From: Bacteroidia bacterium
Lineage (GTDB): Bacteria > Bacteroidota > Bacteroidia > NS11-12g > UBA9320
Assembly: GCA_049115575.1 (NCBI GenBank)
Contig: JAGDZU010000004.1
Coordinates: forward strand, 83,094 to 147,093
Direction of reading: 5' to 3'
DNA length: 64,000 bases
Shown here: positions 59,496 to 64,000 of the stretch, piece after piece
Position numbering within the stretch: position 1 is the first letter of the stretch
How the letters are laid out: each line of letters opens with the position of its first letter
Made by a program: the position numbers and the translations under genes
Notes under the pieces: generated by a model
Database searches by the model: none
Seen by the model: the letters and a program-made list of their open reading frames with translations, nothing else
Told to the model about the DNA's origin: nothing

Positions 59496-60719
59496 TTGGA
59501 CTTCCTGCTCAAAAACATACAAGAGCTCATTGGTATTACCAACACATCAAACGCACCCAAGAAAGGTGCGGAGATGAAAGAAGTACATCGTCTAGAGAAC
59601 GCTTACCTCTTGGTGCATGATGGCAAAATAATGGACTTTGGTCCTATGGATGACTGTCCAACATTTGATGGTGAAACACATGACCTAAGTAATAGAGTAG
59701 TTCTGCCAGCGTTTATTGATTCACATACTCATCTAGTCTTTGCAGACAGCAGGGCTGGAGAGTTCAAGATGAGACTCGAAGGAAAATCTTATCAGGAGAT
59801 TGCTGAAGCAGGTGGAGGAATACTCAATTCCGCAGCAAAGTTGGCTGAAATGAACGAGGAAGAGTTGTATGAAAGAGCTATGATTCGACTTCAACAAGCC
59901 ATTAAAGGTGGTACAGCTGCCCTGGAAATAAAAAGTGGATATGGCTTAAGCACCGATGCGGAATTAAAAATGCTCAGAGTGATTAAAAAACTGAAGGCAA
60001 ATGCGAGCATTCCAATCAAGGCAACATTTCTAGGCGCACATGCGCTACCAACAGAATTCAAAGACAATAAACAGGGTTATATTAATTTGGTCTGCAATGA
60101 AATGCTTCCTATCATTTCTAGAGAAGGTCTTGCTGACTATATAGATATTTTCTGTGAAGAAGGATACTTTGATCTTATTGATCTGCAACGCATTATAGAA
60201 GCAGGACAGAACTATGGTTTAAGGGCTAAAGTTCATGTGAATCAATTTAAAAGTTTCGGAGCTGTCCCCCTTGCATGTAAACTAGGTGCACTCAGTGTAG
60301 ATCATTTAGAAGTGATGAATGATCAAGATATAAAAGCATTGAGAAAAAGCAATACCATAGCTGTAGGACTTCCATTGTGTTCTCTTTTTCTTGATATTCC
60401 TTATGCGCCAGCGCGCAAGATGATTGATGAGGGAATAGCATTTGCAATGGCGAGTGACTACAATCCAGGTTCCTCACCTTCAATGAACTTAATGCAGGCA
60501 TTTAGTCTAGCTTGCACTCAAATGAAACTCACCCCTGAAGAAGCCTTTAATGCGCTTACCTATAATGCGGCATTTTCCATGCAGATTGAACAGGAAATGG
60601 GTAGCATACAATTAGGTAAAAAGGCCAATCTCATAATTAGCAATCAAAAAGCGAAAGGTTTGGAAGACTTCCCCTATTGGTTTGGTGAGAATCTAATAGA
60701 GCAAGTTGTATTGGCGTAA
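59496..60719 (+). CDS. hutI: Imidazolonepropionase
   Basis: DSHTHLVF, GGGIL, EIKSGYGL, GAHA, DIFCE.G.F, SDYNPGS. Confidence 0.96.
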   Translation: MDFLLKNIQELIGITNTSNAPKKGAEMKEVHRLENAYLLVHDGKIMDFGPMDDCPTFDGETHDLSNRVVLPAFIDSHTHLVFADSRAGEFKMRLEGKSYQEIAEAGGGILNSAAKLAEMNEEELYERAMIRLQQAIKGGTAALEIKSGYGLSTDAELKMLRVIKKLKANASIPIKATFLGAHALPTEFKDNKQGYINLVCNEMLPIISREGLADYIDIFCEEGYFDLIDLQRIIEAGQNYGLRAKVHVNQFKSFGAVPLACKLGALSVDHLEVMNDQDIKALRKSNTIAVGLPLCSLFLDIPYAPARKMIDEGIAFAMASDYNPGSSPSMNLMQAFSLACTQMKLTPEEAFNALTYNAAFSMQIEQEMGSIQLGKKANLIISNQKAKGLEDFPYWFGENLIEQVVLA

Positions 60720-60797
60720 TCTCCCTCCACATTTAATAATATTTCCTAATCTTATTCTCTATTTATTACTTTTGATATTAATCAACACCTTGAGCTC

Positions 60798-61067
60798 ATG
60801 AAGAAACTCCTTCCATTATTCCTTGCACTTGGACTATTTATAAGCGTTCAAACTAGCTGTAAAGACAAAGAAGATGTAAAAGACCTCATTGAAATTCTCA
60901 AAAAGAAAAAAGCTGCGAAAGATGGCGAATGCAAAGGTGACAAGTGTAAAGATGGCTGGGGATGCAAAGATGGAGAGAAGGACAAGGACGGTGAGAAGGA
61001 CAAGGATGGTGAAAACGACAAGGATGGCGAGAAAGACGGCAAAAAACGATGGAAAGGTCGTAAATAG
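60798..61067 (+). CDS. Small low-complexity lipoprotein
   Basis: Signal peptide with QTSC-KDKED, three Cys and KDGEKD repeats; upstream TACTTTTG box. Confidence 0.7.
   Translation: MKKLLPLFLALGLFISVQTSCKDKEDVKDLIEILKKKKAAKDGECKGDKCKDGWGCKDGEKDKDGEKDKDGENDKDGEKDGKKRWKGRK
60966..61037 (+). repeat. Four 18-bp tandem coding repeats (KDGEKD)
   Basis: aaagatggagagaaggac / aaggacggtgagaaggac / aaggatggtgaaaacgac / aaggatggcgagaaagac. Confidence 0.9.
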
Positions 61068-61079
61068 ATCTTCCTTTTT

Positions 61080-61355
61080 GTGCAACAGGACTACATCATA
61101 GCTTTTGGACCAGCGATTATTATCTATATCCCTCTGGCAATCATCATTGGATTTGCGGGAATTAACAGAAAAGGCGGATTTTGGAGAGCTTTTCTTCTAT
61201 CCCTAGTGCTCACACCATTAATAAGTTTATTCATTACCATAGGATCTGCAAAAAAGGACCCTAGAGGATGTACTCATTGCGGCAACGACAAGAACGAGGC
61301 TGAATATTGTGGTATTTGCGGCAAGAATTATGAAGGAGACCTGCTTGAGCCGTAA
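61080..61355 (+). CDS. Small membrane protein with C-terminal CxxC...CxxC zinc ribbon
   Basis: Two TM helices, GFWRAFLLSLVLTPLI and CTHCG...CGICG. Confidence 0.7.
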   Translation: MQQDYIIAFGPAIIIYIPLAIIIGFAGINRKGGFWRAFLLSLVLTPLISLFITIGSAKKDPRGCTHCGNDKNEAEYCGICGKNYEGDLLEP

Positions 61356-61465
61356 GATTAGAAAACTCCAGTAACTTTTATATTTTCTATCAGCCTATTC
61401 TACATTCAGACAAGAAATGCAAGAAATTTTTGATTTAAACGTCATCTACTTGAAAACCCTTTGTT

Positions 61466-62875
61466 ATGAATGTAAAACTTATTCTTCCCGCATTAGCGGA
61501 AGCTGAAAGTCCATTCTGGCGACCAATTAAGTATTCCCTATTCCCACCATTAGGCCTGGCCACATTAGCAGCCTATTTAAATCCCGATGATGAAGTTGAG
61601 CTTCAAGATCAACACGTAGAAAAACTAAACTTAGAAGACGCCCCAGATCTGGTCATTATTCAAGTTTACATCACCAATGCATATAGATCTTACCAGATTG
61701 CGGATTACTACAGAAGCATAGGTTCTTATGTTATTCTAGGTGGACTACATGTTACATCTTTACCTTCTGAAGCCATTAAGCATGCCAACAGCATCTTTAT
61801 TGGCCCAGGTGAAGACACATTTCCAAAATTTCTTAAAGACTTTAGAGCCAATAAACCTAAGTCTGTCTACTATTCTCAATTGAGAACTTTAAATGATATC
61901 CCACCGATCAGAAGAGATTTGATCAAACGCGAAAGATACCTTGTTCCCAACTCAATAGTGGTAAGTAGAGGATGCCCGCACCATTGTGATTTCTGCTATA
62001 AAGACGCCTTCTTTGAAGGTGGTAAATCATTTTATACTCAAAAGGTTGATGATGCACTCAGTGAAATAGATAGACTACCAGGCAAACATCTCTATTTTCT
62101 TGATGACCATCTTTTAGGTAATTCGAAATTCTCAACTGCCCTTTTTGAGGGAATGAGAGGTATGAATAGAGTTTTCCAGGGGGCTTCAACCGTGGATGCT
62201 ATATTGAGAGGGAATCTGATTGAAAAAGCAGCTGATGCTGGCATGAGGAGTGTCTTTGTGGGATTTGAAACCTTCTCGCCTATCAATCTTAAAAACAGCA
62301 ATAAGAAGCAAAATTTAAAGAAGGATTATGAGGCTGCTACAAAAAGACTACATGATTTGGGAATTATGATTAACGGGTCCTTTGTTTTTGGAATGGACGA
62401 TGATGACAATAATGTGTTTAAAAGAACAGTGGATTGGGCAGTAAGCAATGGAATAACAACATCAACATTTCACATACAGACACCATACCCTGGAACTAAA
62501 TTATATTCAGACATGCTAAATGCTGGAAGGATAACTAGTGATAATTGGAATCTCTATGACACTAGACATGTTGTTTACAAGACTAATAAATTAAGCCCTG
62601 AGGAACTCAAATCTGGATACGACTGGTCTTATAAATCATTCTATTCTTGGACAAATATTGCCAAGGCCAGCCTCACTCACACTCAACTTAAACACCAACT
62701 AAAACATTTTGCATATGCTGGAGGATGGAAAAAGTTTGAACCGCTTTGGAATTTCATAATTAAGACCCAAGGCTTGAACAAGATGTTGCCTTTACTAGAA
62801 TCAATCTTATCTAAGGTAAAACAAGATAAAAGTGAGCCTTCATTGAGAAAAGAGAACACCGTGTTTGGCACATGA
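61466..62875 (+). CDS. Cobalamin-binding-domain radical SAM protein
   Basis: PPLGLATLA, LGGLHVT, SRGCPHHCDFC (CxxxCxxC), GFET and TPYPGT. Confidence 0.9.
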   Translation: MNVKLILPALAEAESPFWRPIKYSLFPPLGLATLAAYLNPDDEVELQDQHVEKLNLEDAPDLVIIQVYITNAYRSYQIADYYRSIGSYVILGGLHVTSLPSEAIKHANSIFIGPGEDTFPKFLKDFRANKPKSVYYSQLRTLNDIPPIRRDLIKRERYLVPNSIVVSRGCPHHCDFCYKDAFFEGGKSFYTQKVDDALSEIDRLPGKHLYFLDDHLLGNSKFSTALFEGMRGMNRVFQGASTVDAILRGNLIEKAADAGMRSVFVGFETFSPINLKNSNKKQNLKKDYEAATKRLHDLGIMINGSFVFGMDDDDNNVFKRTVDWAVSNGITTSTFHIQTPYPGTKLYSDMLNAGRITSDNWNLYDTRHVVYKTNKLSPEELKSGYDWSYKSFYSWTNIAKASLTHTQLKHQLKHFAYAGGWKKFEPLWNFIIKTQGLNKMLPLLESILSKVKQDKSEPSLRKENTVFGT

Positions 62876-62909
62876 TGAAATTGTGCTTCCTCCATCCTAT
62901 TTTTGGCTT

Positions 62910-63818
62910 ATGCCACATGGAACCCATAATGCTCTACCTGACGATAGAAATGAACACATCTTGATTTCAGTTAATGGTGAATTATTCCCTCGCCAAGAAG
63001 CCAAAGTATCAGTATTTGACAGCGGATACTTAGTAGGTGATGGTGTATGGGAAGCGTTTAGGCTTCACCATGGTCAATTAGTTTTTATTGAAGAGCACTT
63101 GAAGCGTTTATGGTGGGGAGCCGAAACCATAGGTTTGGAATTGCCATTTAACAAATCCGAGCTCAAACAACAAATTAGGGCGGTTATTGAAGCAAACCAA
63201 ATGAGCGATGGGGTACATATTAGATTAATGGTAACAAGAGGCAATAAGAAGACACCCTCACAGGATCCCAGATTGACCATTAGCCCACCAAATGTGGTTA
63301 TTATACCAGAGTACAAATCGGCAAGTCAAGAAAAAGGCATTAGTCTATACACTGCTAGCATAAGAAGAGCAGGTGAAGACTTTTTAGATGCTCGTTTGAA
63401 TTGTCACAGCAAACTTCATGAAGTCATTGCTCTAAATCAGGCATTGAATGTTGGGGCTGATGAAGCCTTGATGTTAGACCCTCATGGTTATGTTGCAACT
63501 TGTAATGCCACTAATTTCTTTATAGTAACTAAAGGAGAAGTTTGGACGTCACAAGGAAAGTATTGCATGAACGGCATTACTAGATCCAAAGTGATTGAAT
63601 TATGCCAGAGCAACAACATAAGTTGTAAACAAAGAGACTTTACCCTTGATGATGTCTATAATGCAGACCAAGCCTTTGTCACTGGAACATTTGGCGGTCT
63701 TACTTCGGTTCATACAGTAGACAATAGACCTATCACTAATCGCGGTATTGATCTTGTATCTCAATTGAGAACACTTTATGCGTCACTCATCCAACAAGAA
63801 ATTAAACATGAGCAATAA
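62910..63818 (+). CDS. PLP-dependent class IV aminotransferase-like protein
   Basis: SVFDSG...GDGVWE, HL.RL, DEALMLD..G.V..CN.TNFF, GITR, VTGTFGG. The likely start is ATG 62910. Confidence 0.9.
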   Translation: MPHGTHNALPDDRNEHILISVNGELFPRQEAKVSVFDSGYLVGDGVWEAFRLHHGQLVFIEEHLKRLWWGAETIGLELPFNKSELKQQIRAVIEANQMSDGVHIRLMVTRGNKKTPSQDPRLTISPPNVVIIPEYKSASQEKGISLYTASIRRAGEDFLDARLNCHSKLHEVIALNQALNVGADEALMLDPHGYVATCNATNFFIVTKGEVWTSQGKYCMNGITRSKVIELCQSNNISCKQRDFTLDDVYNADQAFVTGTFGGLTSVHTVDNRPITNRGIDLVSQLRTLYASLIQQEIKHEQ

Positions 63819-64000
63819 AACCATTCGCATCAATCTATGGTCGAGTCCAAGAAATATATCCACTGCATTGATGTATTCCTTTGCTCAACGCTCGGATTGC
63901 ATGGTAGTGGATGAACCCTTATATGCGCATTATCTCAAAAAGAGCAACGCAAAATCTTATCACCCAGGTGCTGAAGATATTCTTAAAGAGATGGCAACTG
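63808..64000 (+). CDS. Sulfotransferase-like P-loop protein (Sulfotransfer_5 type), truncated by the window end
   Basis: Read manually: MSNKTIRINLWSSPRNISTALMYSFAQRSDCMVVDEPLYAHYL. It overlaps the aminotransferase end. Confidence 0.8.
   Translation, partial: MSNKTIRINLWSSPRNISTALMYSFAQRSDCMVVDEPLYAHYLKKSNAKSYHPGAEDILKEMAT

Noticed and set aside
59496-60719. hutI without other hut genes
   Set aside because: hut genes are commonly dispersed in Bacteroidota, so this is not unusual.
60966-61037. Tandem repeats as a CRISPR-like array
   Set aside because: The units are contiguous with no spacers, stay in frame with synonymous variation, and no cas genes are present.
60834-61101. Alternative-frame ORFs with SPSLSF or RRTRT repeats
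   Set aside because: They are shadows of the 18-bp repeat; only the 60798 frame has a signal peptide and a promoter box.

Overview
This is a densely packed, AT-rich chromosomal segment from a Bacteroidota bacterium, indicated by PorT and T9SS C-terminal sorting domains, TAnnTTTG -7 promoter boxes and a Bacteroidota-type dcw gene order. Most of it is housekeeping: lptG-like/tgt/porT/menG, engB, the mraZ-to-ftsZ cluster, rpsO-pnp, pheT-zapB-zapA-rny and hutI. Secreted and accessory genes sit between these: an M1 aminopeptidase, a C25-like protein, an MBOAT-SGNH pair, a class D beta-lactamase, a WD40-caspase, a phosphoethanolamine transferase, a DUF2236/Lcp-like oxygenase and a B12-radical SAM enzyme. 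I saw no tRNA, rRNA, CRISPR array or transposase. The most striking unannotated element is in the gap at 17441-17761: a minus-strand sigma54 (-24/-12) promoter with an IHF-like site, a 5' GNRA hairpin, an AU-rich core complementary to a typical Bacteroidota translation start (A-rich leader + AUGAAAA), and an intrinsic terminator. Together these make a candidate sigma54-dependent 'anti-start-codon' sRNA of about 100 nt. Other leads are recurrent apparently leaderless promoters, a probable CTG start for mraZ, a 799-aa orphan Rossmann-type protein and a C25-like protein lacking the His/Cys dyad. All functional calls come from motif recognition, not from database searches.
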